A stretch of 64,000 nt of DNA. Source: a virus (taxonomy: Duplodnaviria > Caudoviricetes). Positions within the stretch are counted from its first letter, which is position 1; each line of letters starts with the position of its first letter. The stretch is from the IMG/VR virus record IMGVR_UViG_3300021425_002620, one strand, 5' to 3'. Shown here one piece after another: positions 1-8,595 of the stretch. The notes beneath the pieces were generated by a model. That model made no database searches. It was not told the DNA's origin and saw only the letters and a list, made by a program, of their open reading frames with translations. The position numbers and the translations under genes were made by a program.

Positions 1-879
1 TATTGCACCTGTGTGCCAGCCTTTGCGATTTGGACGAGCAAAACTAAAGTCATGCTTAATTGTGCTTTGGATTTGCATACGAAGTAGCTCACGCCAATTC
101 ATTTTAGGTTCAGTAAGCTCTTTAATCATACGCATAACACCTGCTGGAGTATTTCCTGCACCAGCAGTTTGTGCCGCACTGATCATGTTTTCTTTGATCT
201 CATCACGTATCTTTTTTAAATCATCTTTGCTATACTTAGGCTTCTTTTTGCTAACGGCATTACCGTTTCCATCTTTACTGTCTTCGCCTTCGTTGCTTCC
301 TTCTCCGTCACCTTCGTTCCAGTCAAGGTGTTCGTCGAGCAATTCGCCTAATGCGTTTAACTGTTCTTCGTCATACTTTTCAAAAAGATCTTCATATACT
401 TCTTCCGAAGTCCAATTTTCATATTTAAAGTCTTGGTAGCACTCTACAATTTTAGGCTTAGTACCAATACGATCACGTACTAGTACATTGTTTACAATAT
501 AGTCTTGTGCAATGTTAGATAGCATAGCATCTAAGTTACGACCTTGCCAAGTTCTACGTTCTAAGTGATCAAATACACAGTGAAGAATTTCGTGTGCAAT
601 AACAAACTCAATTTCTTTATTATCCATAGCATTAAAGAATTGAGTATTATAGTATAAGTTACGACCGTCTACTGCGGCAGTAGGACACCAATCATCTGCT
701 GCCTTAATAGTAAGACGTGTTGCCATATTACCAAAAAATGGGTGACGTAGTAACAAACCTACTCGGGCAATAACAATGCGATCGTATACTTCTACTCGCA
801 TTTCATCTAGTTGTTCGGGGGTAATATTGGGGTCAGGTTGCCAATTCTTTTTGCCAATTTCTTGTGTACTAGTGCCCAT
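1..879 (-). CDS. vWA-associated HEXXH metallopeptidase-like protein (DUF2201 type), runs off the left edge
   Basis: Not in the ORF track. Manual translation from ATG at 879 gives MGTSTQEIGKK...LLLRHPFFGNMATRL...TAAVDGRNLYYN...FVIAHEILHCVFDH, with an acidic linker later. Lies directly downstream of a MoxR ATPase, the usual partner. Confidence 0.8.
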   Translation of the reverse strand, partial: MGTSTQEIGKKNWQPDPNITPEQLDEMRVEVYDRIVIARVGLLLRHPFFGNMATRLTIKAADDWCPTAAVDGRNLYYNTQFFNAMDNKEIEFVIAHEILHCVFDHLERRTWQGRNLDAMLSNIAQDYIVNNVLVRDRIGTKPKIVECYQDFKYENWTSEEVYEDLFEKYDEEQLNALGELLDEHLDWNEGDGEGSNEGEDSKDGNGNAVSKKKPKYSKDDLKKIRDEIKENMISAAQTAGAGNTPAGVMRMIKELTEPKMNWRELLRMQIQSTIKHDFSFARPNRKGWHTGAI

Positions 880-912
880 GTGCTATGTCCTCTTTTCTAA
901 CTTTATATGTAT

Positions 913-940
913 ATTATACATTATTTACAGAATTTGTCAA
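913..940 (-). promoter_or_regulatory. sigma70-type promoter
   Basis: TTGACA-16 nt-TATAAT upstream of the peptidase gene; AGAGGA SD follows. Confidence 0.7.
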
Positions 941-943
941 CCA

Positions 944-978
944 TAAAAATAAGGGCGAGCTCAAAAGAACCCGCCCTT
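944..978 (-). terminator. Rho-independent terminator after the MoxR gene
   Basis: AAGGGCGGGTTC-TTTT-GAGCTCGCCCTT hairpin (12 bp with G-U pairs) followed by ATTTTT, just after the stop at 986. Confidence 0.7.
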
Positions 979-985
979 ACCGTTC

Positions 986-2071
986 TTAGTTTTGAGCGGC
1001 TTTAATGTACTTTCCATATCGATCGTGGAACTCATCAAAACACTCAATTGCATCTGGATCAATTGGAAGACCGTATTGTGTAAGAGCAAGTTTAATACCC
1101 ATAACTACCAATTCAGTTTCAAAATTATCCATGCTAAAGCGTAAGAAATTGTTGACTTTATCGTCAAAGTTCTTATCTTTCTTAGCTTCTGCTTCTTGCA
1201 GTTCGTAGCAGAGAGACACTGTTAAGGAATACATAGCACTGATTTCTTTAGTATCCATCTCCTTAACCTTACCTGCAAGAATGTCAGTTGGGTTAGGCAT
1301 CTGCGACGCAACTTTACGGTGCGCCATAAACTTGACAGCCAGACCTTCACCAACCGAGCCACTTACTAAATCAGTAAGTGTGTTTTCGTCTAAGTCATCT
1401 TCAAGTAGTTCAGAAACAAACGACCAAGAACGAGGCGTTGCAAAAGAACGTGAAGGTGATTTAGGATCGAAATCGTATAGGTCCTTTTTAGCAAACTGTA
1501 AGTAACCTACAACATCTTTATGAATTTTATTTTCAGTAGCCCACTGGAACCAGTCATCAAAATTAACAGCAAGTTCTAAGTGAACAAAACGATTAGCAAG
1601 CGGAGCAGGCATACGATATGTAACACCCTTGTCGCTCTCACGGTTACCAGCCGCTACAATCATTACATTGTCGGGCAGTTTATACTGACCTACTCGACGA
1701 TTCAAAATCAACTGATACGCTGCCGCTTGTACAGCAGGTGCCGCCGAGTTCATTTCGTCAAAAAATACCACAATATTATCATATTGCGATGCAAACTCTT
1801 CGTCTGGAAGTTCGCTAGGCGCACCCCAAACCATTTTACCAATATTACTATCAAAATAAGGAATACCTTTAATATCGGTAGGTTCCCAAAGAGATAGTCG
1901 AATGTCAATCAAATGACTGTTAGGTAACATATTGGTAATTTGTGAAACAATATCCGACTTACCAATGCCGGGAGGTCCCCAAAGAAAAATAGGACGCTTC
2001 TTGCTAATAGCATGTCGAATGCTTGCTTTTGCGCCGTTAGGACCAACTGTACGTGTTGCTGTAGCTTCCAT
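986..2071 (-). CDS. MoxR-family AAA+ ATPase
   Basis: Walker A GPPGIGKS, Walker B VFFDEMN, AAGNR, PLANRF arginine finger, PRSW sensor. Confidence 0.9.
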   Translation of the reverse strand: MEATATRTVGPNGAKASIRHAISKKRPIFLWGPPGIGKSDIVSQITNMLPNSHLIDIRLSLWEPTDIKGIPYFDSNIGKMVWGAPSELPDEEFASQYDNIVVFFDEMNSAAPAVQAAAYQLILNRRVGQYKLPDNVMIVAAGNRESDKGVTYRMPAPLANRFVHLELAVNFDDWFQWATENKIHKDVVGYLQFAKKDLYDFDPKSPSRSFATPRSWSFVSELLEDDLDENTLTDLVSGSVGEGLAVKFMAHRKVASQMPNPTDILAGKVKEMDTKEISAMYSLTVSLCYELQEAEAKKDKNFDDKVNNFLRFSMDNFETELVVMGIKLALTQYGLPIDPDAIECFDEFHDRYGKYIKAAQN

Positions 2072-2119
2072 AGTGTATTCCCTCTTGTGAATCAGTGCTT
2101 AATTTCTAACTATGTATAC

Positions 2120-2147
2120 AGTATAGCATCATTGTATTAGATGTCAA
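2120..2147 (-). promoter_or_regulatory. sigma70-type promoter
   Basis: TTGACA-16 nt-TATACT with a TGn extended -10, upstream of the MoxR gene. Confidence 0.7.
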
Positions 2148-2164
2148 CCATTTTTTTAAAAAAA

Positions 2165-2548
2165 TTACAAATTTTTTGATCTAGTCATGGCTTTTGTTAA
2201 GCCGTATTTGCGTAAGTCACCGCTAAAAAGAGTAAGTTCAACAGCCTTCTTTTCGTTGGTTACTATGATACTGCGGTTAGTTAAGTAGTATGGACAATCA
2301 ATGAATTGATCTAAAAAAATAATAACTTGTGTAGTTAAAGGCATATCTTTAGGATATGGTACATCATAAGTTGCAAGTTCAATTTCTAATAAAACATCAT
2401 AACCTTCGTCAGTAAGACGTAAACCACCTGCACCTTTATTTCTAGTATTTTTCCACCAAAGTGGCATGTGTTCCTTTACAGACAACTCAGAAGAACTTTT
2501 ACCTAATTGTTTTAAGAAAATCTTAGTATAGGTTTCTTTCCAGTTCAT
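2165..2548 (-). CDS. hypothetical protein
   Basis: 127 aa ORF with ATGA overlap to the upstream gene. Confidence 0.75.
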   Translation of the reverse strand: MNWKETYTKIFLKQLGKSSSELSVKEHMPLWWKNTRNKGAGGLRLTDEGYDVLLEIELATYDVPYPKDMPLTTQVIIFLDQFIDCPYYLTNRSIIVTNEKKAVELTLFSGDLRKYGLTKAMTRSKNL

Positions 2549-2835
2549 TCTTCTGTTACTACCTCTCCTTGTGTAAGTCTTACTACAAGAAAGTCCTTAC
2601 AGTCGAATAAATCGTTTAATTTTTTTGCAAGATTGTGTGCGTGACCAGGATTAGAAAAACTTGTTTTCTTATACTTTGGTCCAGGATAGTTTGTCAGTGA
2701 ATTTGAACTTTTAAGATTAAAAGGTTTATCTTTGTAGAACACAGCCCAGATAGCATCCGCATCTAGTACTTGTTCTGATCTATAATTCTTTTTGTTAATG
2801 TGCTCTAATAGCACCGTTGGCTTTGGTCTGCTCAT
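2545..2835 (-). CDS. hypothetical protein
   Basis: 96 aa ORF with AAAGGA SD and an upstream late promoter. Confidence 0.8.
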   Translation of the reverse strand: MSRPKPTVLLEHINKKNYRSEQVLDADAIWAVFYKDKPFNLKSSNSLTNYPGPKYKKTSFSNPGHAHNLAKKLNDLFDCKDFLVVRLTQGEVVTEE

Positions 2836-2867
2836 AATATACGTAATCCTTTAATTAACTACGTATA

Positions 2868-2874
2868 TATTTAT
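2868..2874 (-). promoter_or_regulatory. T4-like late promoter (gATAAATA)
   Basis: Same motif recurs in at least 9 short intergenic gaps upstream of SD/ATG. Confidence 0.6.
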
Positions 2875-2899
2875 CTCTTTAAACAGTTATCTACGTGCT

Positions 2900-3115
2900 T
2901 TATAATTTGATCGCAAGTAAAAGTAGAATAGCAATCAGAACAATATTTGTAAAAAAGATACCTATTGCTAGAATAGTATGGTACCATATCCATCTAGTCT
3001 TGTATGCATTTTCAATAGATAAGACTTCAGGATCAACATCGTCTTTCATCATATCGATTACATATTTTGTTTCTTTTACCTCTTCTGGCTCCTTCCAAAA
3101 ATTATACCATGCCAT
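2900..3115 (-). CDS. small membrane protein
   Basis: C-terminal hydrophobic helix. Start moved to MAWYNF to remove the 44 nt overlap with the upstream gene. Confidence 0.6.
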   Translation of the reverse strand: MAWYNFWKEPEEVKETKYVIDMMKDDVDPEVLSIENAYKTRWIWYHTILAIGIFFTNIVLIAILLLLAIKL

Positions 3116-3128
3116 AATAAATTCCGTT

Positions 3129-3383
3129 TTATTCGTCGCCCCAACTGGAGCCTCCGTCCATTTGGACTTCAATTATTTCTTCTTGTTTTTCTTTATTTGC
3201 TTGCTTAACAAGCTCTTCAAGTTGTCCGTGTAATCTTGACATTACTATACCAAGAGTAAACGCTAGATTCTTAGCAGTTCCAATTTCTAAACGTATTTCT
3301 TTTTGCCTAGAATTTTCTGCACTTTTTACTTGTTGGATAAACTGTTGTAAAGGTGCAGTGTTAAGATCATCGTTTGTTTGCAC
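3129..3383 (-). CDS. hypothetical coiled-coil protein
   Basis: 84 aa ORF in operon order. Confidence 0.7.
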   Translation of the reverse strand: MQTNDDLNTAPLQQFIQQVKSAENSRQKEIRLEIGTAKNLAFTLGIVMSRLHGQLEELVKQANKEKQEEIIEVQMDGGSSWGDE

Positions 3384-3834
3384 GGCTTAACTCCTGTCTC
3401 ATTTCAAGTTCGGTATTCATAGGTCCTACAAACTCATAACGATCTAACGTAACTAGTTTAGGACAAAAACTTTTAACCCAACCTTTATCAAATTTAATAA
3501 TATAATAACCTGCACAATACAAACTTTTAGACTTTATACTTTTAGTAAACAGCGGCAGTTTACGTTTTACATCATACATTACGTTATAAGGTGATGTGCT
3601 AGTAGGATAGCCGTATACTTCTTTTTGTATTTCAGGTTTTGCACTTTTATCACGCTCGAAGATTGTTTTTCCGAGCTGCTTTTCTAAATCCTTTTTATTG
3701 TCATAAAATGTAATTGCTTCACCTGTAGACAACATAAAGCGATCGTCGTTCATGGATATTGTACCAACACGTTCTCCGTTGTTTTCAACAATCCAAAATT
3801 TATTTTTTAATATTGTTTTTGCTTTAATACTCAT
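3367..3834 (-). CDS. hypothetical protein
   Basis: 155 aa ORF with ATGA coupling to RNase H. Confidence 0.8.
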   Translation of the reverse strand: MSIKAKTILKNKFWIVENNGERVGTISMNDDRFMLSTGEAITFYDNKKDLEKQLGKTIFERDKSAKPEIQKEVYGYPTSTSPYNVMYDVKRKLPLFTKSIKSKSLYCAGYYIIKFDKGWVKSFCPKLVTLDRYEFVGPMNTELEMRQELSRANKR

Positions 3835-4814
3835 TTAGGATACCTCGCTTGTAAAGGTTGTGCATATTGTGCGGCATTGTCTGCAATACGTTGCATATCC
3901 CACTTAGCACAAAACTTCATTAAACGCATACCAACCTGCGAAATATCTTTAGGTTCAACACTTGAAATAGTACTGTCAATTATTTCTCTAATTTCAGCAG
4001 GTTGTGCTGACAAATCACAAAGAGTAACATTACGAGTGTAGTCGTCTAGCACTCGATGTTCTACACCTTCATGATCAGTCCAACGCTGTAACATCATGTT
4101 ATTCCAATTAAAGCCTTTATTGTCTTTATCTTCAAATGCTTCTATAAGACCAACCTTGTTTTTTGTACCTTTTTTACGTACACCTGGATATGCACTGAAT
4201 ACATTATCACTGGTGTCACCACGCATACATTTTTCAAATAGCATAAATTCAGGATTAGGTGCAGGTTTTACTTCTTTAGTTTTTTTATCTACAACAGGCT
4301 TACCTTTGTCATCAAAGTAGCCTTCGTGTGTAATAGTTGTATTAGATACACCATTATACTGTTTAACATTAGGTGCAATAAGTTGTGCAAAGTCACCATC
4401 GGTACTAATAATAACATGATTGTCATTAGGATGTGCTTGCACCCAACCTGCAATCAAATCATCTGCTTCTAGTTGCGGATGACGCATCATTGTACAGTTA
4501 GTCTTAGAGCCAATAAAGTCTTTAAACTCGTCAAAGATCTCCCAAAACACAGTATCTTCTTCTTGCTGTGCAGGAGTCATTGCATCACGAGTTTCTTGTC
4601 GATTGCGCTTGTATGGCTCATAATAGTCCTTGCGCCAACTACGACCTTCTAAACAAAACACAACATGATCTGCACTAAAGTCAGTCCATGCCTTTTTAAC
4701 ACTGTTTAGTGTGATATGTAGTGCCATACCAACTTTAGTATCAATGTCACCACGTACTACGTGACGAGCTCTAAAGAAAGTATTAGCAGTGTCTACAAGT
4801 ATATATGTACTCAT
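3831..4814 (-). CDS. rnh: T4 RNase H-like 5'-3' exonuclease (FEN family)
   Basis: ILVDTAN, EADDLIA, ISTDGDFAQL and GDTSDN acidic motifs. Confidence 0.88.
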   Translation of the reverse strand: MSTYILVDTANTFFRARHVVRGDIDTKVGMALHITLNSVKKAWTDFSADHVVFCLEGRSWRKDYYEPYKRNRQETRDAMTPAQQEEDTVFWEIFDEFKDFIGSKTNCTMMRHPQLEADDLIAGWVQAHPNDNHVIISTDGDFAQLIAPNVKQYNGVSNTTITHEGYFDDKGKPVVDKKTKEVKPAPNPEFMLFEKCMRGDTSDNVFSAYPGVRKKGTKNKVGLIEAFEDKDNKGFNWNNMMLQRWTDHEGVEHRVLDDYTRNVTLCDLSAQPAEIREIIDSTISSVEPKDISQVGMRLMKFCAKWDMQRIADNAAQYAQPLQARYPK

Positions 4815-4841
4815 TTGTACCTCTTATGTTTAACATAACTT

Positions 4842-4870
4842 ATTATAGTATAAAATTGTATAGATGTCAA
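4842..4870 (-). promoter_or_regulatory. sigma70-type promoter
   Basis: TTGACA-17-TATAAT; the -35 overlaps the cupin stop codon. Confidence 0.75.
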
Positions 4871-5202
4871 GAAGATCTTTTACCATCAAACACACAAATA
4901 AATTCTAACCAAAATGGACCTTCTTTATTATATACCTTATGGAATGCATTGTCTTCAATAAGTACAATGTCTCCTTCTTTAACATCAAAGATCTCATGGT
5001 TAACTTCCATTTGACCTTGGCCTTTTGTAAATATATAAACTTCTTCTTGTCCAGCGTGTCGATGGCCGTTTGTTTCTTGTCCTGCTCGTAATCTAGTCTT
5101 ACTTAAAACAAGATTGTTTAATAAGGTGTTATCAAATAGTTGATACTGATCGTTATCTTTAACTAATGTTCCACCTATGTCTTCTATAGAATATTTCTTC
5201 AC
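4867..5202 (-). CDS. cupin-domain protein (Cupin_2 / mannose-6-P-isomerase-like)
   Basis: GHRHAGQEEVYIF and AFHKVYN cupin motifs. Confidence 0.85.
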   Translation of the reverse strand: MKKYSIEDIGGTLVKDNDQYQLFDNTLLNNLVLSKTRLRAGQETNGHRHAGQEEVYIFTKGQGQMEVNHEIFDVKEGDIVLIEDNAFHKVYNKEGPFWLEFICVFDGKRSS

Positions 5203-5603
5203 GATACTGAACTTTTGTTTTTATCAATTGGTACAACATTAATATATCCTGCACCTCTGTCGGTATCTAATCCTTCTTCGCCTAGCATATTATAAACAAT
5301 ATCACGGAACCAACGATCTACAATTTCTTCTTCTGCATCGTTTTCAATTCCGTATCCTGCTTCAATTAACTGTGCGATAAAATACTTATTCCAGTCCATT
5401 TCAAAGAATCCGTTTCGAACGTTATCTTCATTTACTTTAACATCAAGTACACTTACCCAAGGCTCTTTGCGTCTTGTAGCATACTCTTTTGGATTCTTCT
5501 TTTTAAGAAGTTCCATTTCTTCTTCTTCAACACGGGCTTTTTCTTCAGCAATTCGCTGTTCTTCTTTATCTAATCCTGTTAGTTTTTTAAAGAACTCTTT
5601 CAT
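5199..5603 (-). CDS. hypothetical protein
   Basis: 134 aa ORF with ATGA overlaps. Confidence 0.75.
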   Translation of the reverse strand: MKEFFKKLTGLDKEEQRIAEEKARVEEEEMELLKKKNPKEYATRRKEPWVSVLDVKVNEDNVRNGFFEMDWNKYFIAQLIEAGYGIENDAEEEIVDRWFRDIVYNMLGEEGLDTDRGAGYINVVPIDKNKSSVS

Positions 5604-5719
5604 AGTCCTGCCTCCCTAGCTCTTGTTTCTAAAGTATCAACAACACGAGCTTGTTTAGATTTATTTTCTTGTCTTTCGAAGTCATCTGGATCGAAAGCAT
5701 TTTCAAGTCCCCCATGCAT
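5600..5719 (-). CDS. small hypothetical protein (39 aa)
   Basis: MHGGLENAFDPDDFERQ...EAGL. Tail of track ORF 5600..6121; starts inside the end of queE and fills the gap. Confidence 0.5.
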   Translation of the reverse strand: MHGGLENAFDPDDFERQENKSKQARVVDTLETRAREAGL

Positions 5720-6599
5720 TTCCGAATAAGGAGATGTGGAGTCTCGGGGTAAAACGCCATCCTTTTTCCATGCATAACTCTGCGACTTCTTGGACGTTGA
5801 GATTGTATTCTTCACTACGTCCGCCCAGCGGCATACAGTAGACCGGACATTCAATTCCGGCACTTTTATATTCGTCAACAGCTCTGCCAACTTCTGCAAC
5901 GTCAGTTGCATCAGCGACAACAAACTTAAGATAAATGTCACTACCATTAATGCCGAAATACTCACTAGCAATGTCAGGCTTAATAGCAGTATCCCAAGGT
6001 TCTCCGCTAACTGAAAGTTTTGGGGAACAACTCCAAGTGACTTCAAATCTGTCTTGATTGCTAAGATAATCTTTGAAATCTTCTCGTAACTTTTGAGTAG
6101 TATTTGTTTCAAATGTAACATTTTTCAAATCCTGCATCTTAGGATGCTCAAATAAATCGATGTAGAGTTTTTGCCAACCTAGCAAAGGCTCTCCACCTGT
6201 TAGTATTAAGTGAACATCTTGACCATTGTCCATTGTCCACTTGCCTTCTGGTGTAAGACTAAGTAAGTGTTCAACTACTTCGTCTACAGTTTTATCCATC
6301 ATAAACTTTTTAAATTCAGGATAGATACTTGCATAAGTATCACAACCTGTATGTATGATAGGTAAATCGTCAAACTTTTCAACAGTATTAATTATATTAC
6401 TATCGAGCAAATCTTTTACTTCAGGATTATGTTTGATACCTTGTTTTTGTTTCTCATCACGCATAGGCTCATCACGACCTAAACCAAAGTTCATGCAACG
6501 AAAGTTACAACCAAATGTTCTTAAGAACACACTAGGGACTCCAACAAACTTGCCTTCACCCTGTACACTATAAAATGCTTCTGAATAACGTAACTTCAT
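5703..6599 (-). CDS. queE: 7-carboxy-7-deazaguanine synthase (radical SAM)
   Basis: YSEAFYSVQGEG, FLRTFGC, LTGGEPLL, ETN, SPKL and PRLHI motifs. Start set at MKLRYS, 1 nt after the folE stop. Confidence 0.92.
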   Translation of the reverse strand: MKLRYSEAFYSVQGEGKFVGVPSVFLRTFGCNFRCMNFGLGRDEPMRDEKQKQGIKHNPEVKDLLDSNIINTVEKFDDLPIIHTGCDTYASIYPEFKKFMMDKTVDEVVEHLLSLTPEGKWTMDNGQDVHLILTGGEPLLGWQKLYIDLFEHPKMQDLKNVTFETNTTQKLREDFKDYLSNQDRFEVTWSCSPKLSVSGEPWDTAIKPDIASEYFGINGSDIYLKFVVADATDVAEVGRAVDEYKSAGIECPVYCMPLGGRSEEYNLNVQEVAELCMEKGWRFTPRLHISLFGNAWGT

Positions 6600-6600
6600 C

Positions 6601-7284
6601 TTAACACGCAAATTCCTGTTGTAATTTAATATTATCCATAAATTCTTTTTTAGTACCTGGATCAATCTTAAATGCACCTTTTAGCACAGTTGTCTGTGTA
6701 AGACTACTATGCGCCATAATACCGCGATTCTCACAACAACCGTGTGTTGCTTGAATGTATACACCTAAGTGATCTGCACCAGTTGCTCGTTGAATTTCAC
6801 GTGCAATATCATTTGCAAGTTCTTCTTGCAGTGTGCCACGTCTAGCACACCATTGTGCAATACGAGTATACTTTGAAAGACCAATTAATTTAGGACCTGC
6901 AATAATACCAATATATGCTACACCTGATACTGGTTGGTGATGATGTGAACACATACTCTTTAGTTCACTTCGAACTACAAGCATACCTTCATAGCGTTCG
7001 TCTGAATCATTTGGAAATGCTGTTGCACTTGGGATAGGGTCATAACGTCCTGCCATAATTTCATTAAAATACATTTTAGCAAGACGTTTTGCTGTACCTT
7101 TTGAATTAGGATCGTTATGTCGATCAATTAGTAATGTATCAAGAACTGTTTCAAATGCTGTTGTTGCTTCTTCAATTAGTTCTTCTTTATCACCTTTTTG
7201 TAGGACTTCTGAAATATTGTCGCCAGCCCAGTAGCGAATTTTTGCGTCTTCGAGACGTGCCTTAATTTGTTTGCTCTTACTCAT
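6601..7284 (-). CDS. folE: GTP cyclohydrolase I
   Basis: SMCSHH, GLSKYTRI, QEEL and HGCCENRG zinc/T-fold motifs. Confidence 0.95.
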   Translation of the reverse strand: MSKSKQIKARLEDAKIRYWAGDNISEVLQKGDKEELIEEATTAFETVLDTLLIDRHNDPNSKGTAKRLAKMYFNEIMAGRYDPIPSATAFPNDSDERYEGMLVVRSELKSMCSHHHQPVSGVAYIGIIAGPKLIGLSKYTRIAQWCARRGTLQEELANDIAREIQRATGADHLGVYIQATHGCCENRGIMAHSSLTQTTVLKGAFKIDPGTKKEFMDNIKLQQEFAC

Positions 7285-7345
7285 TTTTATCTCCGATGTT
7301 TAGGCAGTGGATTGCCGTGTATACTGCAAGCAATTCATTATATAC

Positions 7346-7374
7346 AGTATACACTTATTTAGGTTTTTTGTCAA
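7346..7374 (-). promoter_or_regulatory. sigma70-type promoter for folE-queE
   Basis: TTGACA-17-TATACT. Confidence 0.75.
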
Positions 7375-7376
7375 CC

Positions 7377-7535
7377 TTAAAGTTGTTTTCTTGCTGCTTT
7401 TTTGCGGGCTTCTTCTTTCTCCCACTTTTGGCGGTTTGTCCATTCAACTTTTTTCTTTTGATATTCTTCTTCGCTTAATGAATGCCAACCAATGCATTTA
7501 CCAGTTGGCGATCTTTTACAGCCACATAAAGCCAT
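7377..7535 (-). CDS. CDGSH-like iron-sulfur microprotein (52 aa)
   Basis: Not in the track. Manual translation MALCGCKRSPTGKCIGWHSLSEEEYQKKK...; TAGGAG SD; 3Cys-1His pattern CxC-x2-S-x4-C-x-G-x-H. Confidence 0.7.
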   Translation of the reverse strand: MALCGCKRSPTGKCIGWHSLSEEEYQKKKVEWTNRQKWEKEEARKKAARKQL

Positions 7536-7547
7536 GATGTTCTCCTA

Positions 7548-7754
7548 TTAACTAAAATATTTGTCTAGCATTTCTAGACGATCATTGGCCGCAGCCATAG
7601 AATCCAATTCTTTTTGAATTGTTTCAATGATATCAGAATGTTCACCAATACCGACAACTTTTTGCATATACACTTCGATATTAGTTTTGTGCAATTCAAT
7701 CTCCGCCTCTGCGTGTTTCCTTGCTGCTCCGATCATTTGTTCTCTCAAATCCAT
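7548..7754 (-). CDS. hypothetical protein (68 aa)
   Basis: MDLREQMIGAARKH...; AAGGAAAGG SD; start trimmed from the track. Confidence 0.75.
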   Translation of the reverse strand: MDLREQMIGAARKHAEAEIELHKTNIEVYMQKVVGIGEHSDIIETIQKELDSMAAANDRLEMLDKYFS

Positions 7755-7764
7755 TTTCCTTTCC

Positions 7765-8136
7765 TTAGTATTTTTGTTTAGATGGAATGACGCCCCTAAC
7801 GCCGCCTTTCGGATCTTCCATATCTCCATCACGACGGAAGATTAAATGTACATGGGGATACATGCATGTCTGTCCAGCACTTACTCCCATATTTATGCCT
7901 ATATTGTACCCGTCAACGTTGTTATCGGCTTCTATATTTTGTTGACCCATAGCAAGTGCAAATTTAAAACATTTAAGTATTTCGTCTTGTGTTGCTTCTT
8001 TTGGAACTACAAGTGTATGACCTTCTGTTACAGGGTAGATATCTTCATAAACAACAAAGTCACGAGTGTCTAACATAACATTAGTCCAAGGCGCACGACC
8101 TTCTTCTTGGGCTTTATCTAATGTATCAGTAGTCAT
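7765..8136 (-). CDS. HIT-family nucleotide hydrolase
   Basis: DIYPVTEGHTLVVPK, GYNIGIN and GQTCMYPHVHLI; the first triad His is replaced by Tyr. Confidence 0.85.
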   Translation of the reverse strand: MTTDTLDKAQEEGRAPWTNVMLDTRDFVVYEDIYPVTEGHTLVVPKEATQDEILKCFKFALAMGQQNIEADNNVDGYNIGINMGVSAGQTCMYPHVHLIFRRDGDMEDPKGGVRGVIPSKQKY

Positions 8137-8395
8137 AATCTGCATCGTCTTCAAAGTCTCCCATTTCAACTTTTGATGCTTCCCATAATTCTAATACAGT
8201 TCTTAGTCCATATTGCATAACGGAAAACTCGTTTAATTCTTCTTGAAATTTTCGAACTTCGTCAATTTGTTCTTTTGATAGATCGTCAATTAAATCAACA
8301 TTATAAAATTCACAAATATATTCTTCACAACTACGAAGGATATCGTCTTCAATATTAGTTTCCCATTTATGAATTCGATCCCAATTAAATGACAT
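8126..8395 (-). CDS. hypothetical acidic protein
   Basis: 89 aa ORF in operon order. Confidence 0.7.
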   Translation of the reverse strand: MSFNWDRIHKWETNIEDDILRSCEEYICEFYNVDLIDDLSKEQIDEVRKFQEELNEFSVMQYGLRTVLELWEASKVEMGDFEDDADYDY

Positions 8396-8595
8396 TATTT
8401 TACCTCCAACAACGGTTCAATAGTAGAAGTATCGTGCCAATCATAAATTGATTCATCTTGGTACTGATGTCTTCTACTATGTGTTTCTTTAACAAACATA
8501 CCGTCTCTTTTGCGATAAACAGTATATACTTCTTTTATAATTCCTTCTTTTTCTGCTTGTACAGCATCTTTAAAAGGTCCTTCTTTTTGTGTCAT
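8395..8595 (-). CDS. hypothetical protein (66 aa)
   Basis: Start MTQKEG with ATGA overlap on the PRTase stop. Confidence 0.65.
   Translation of the reverse strand: MTQKEGPFKDAVQAEKEGIIKEVYTVYRKRDGMFVKETHSRRHQYQDESIYDWHDTSTIEPLLEVK

Noticed and set aside
5600-6121. 173 aa ORF overlapping queE
   Set aside because: Out-of-frame overlap of ~420 nt with a conserved enzyme; only the last 39 codons are plausible as a gene.
6601-7284. FolE present only to feed folate for ThyA/DHFR
   Set aside because: It may contribute, but direct coupling to queE on one transcript ties it to the deazaguanine route.
7285-7376. preQ1 riboswitch upstream of folE/queE
   Set aside because: No match to the preQ1-I stem-loop plus A-rich tail pattern; the leader is short.
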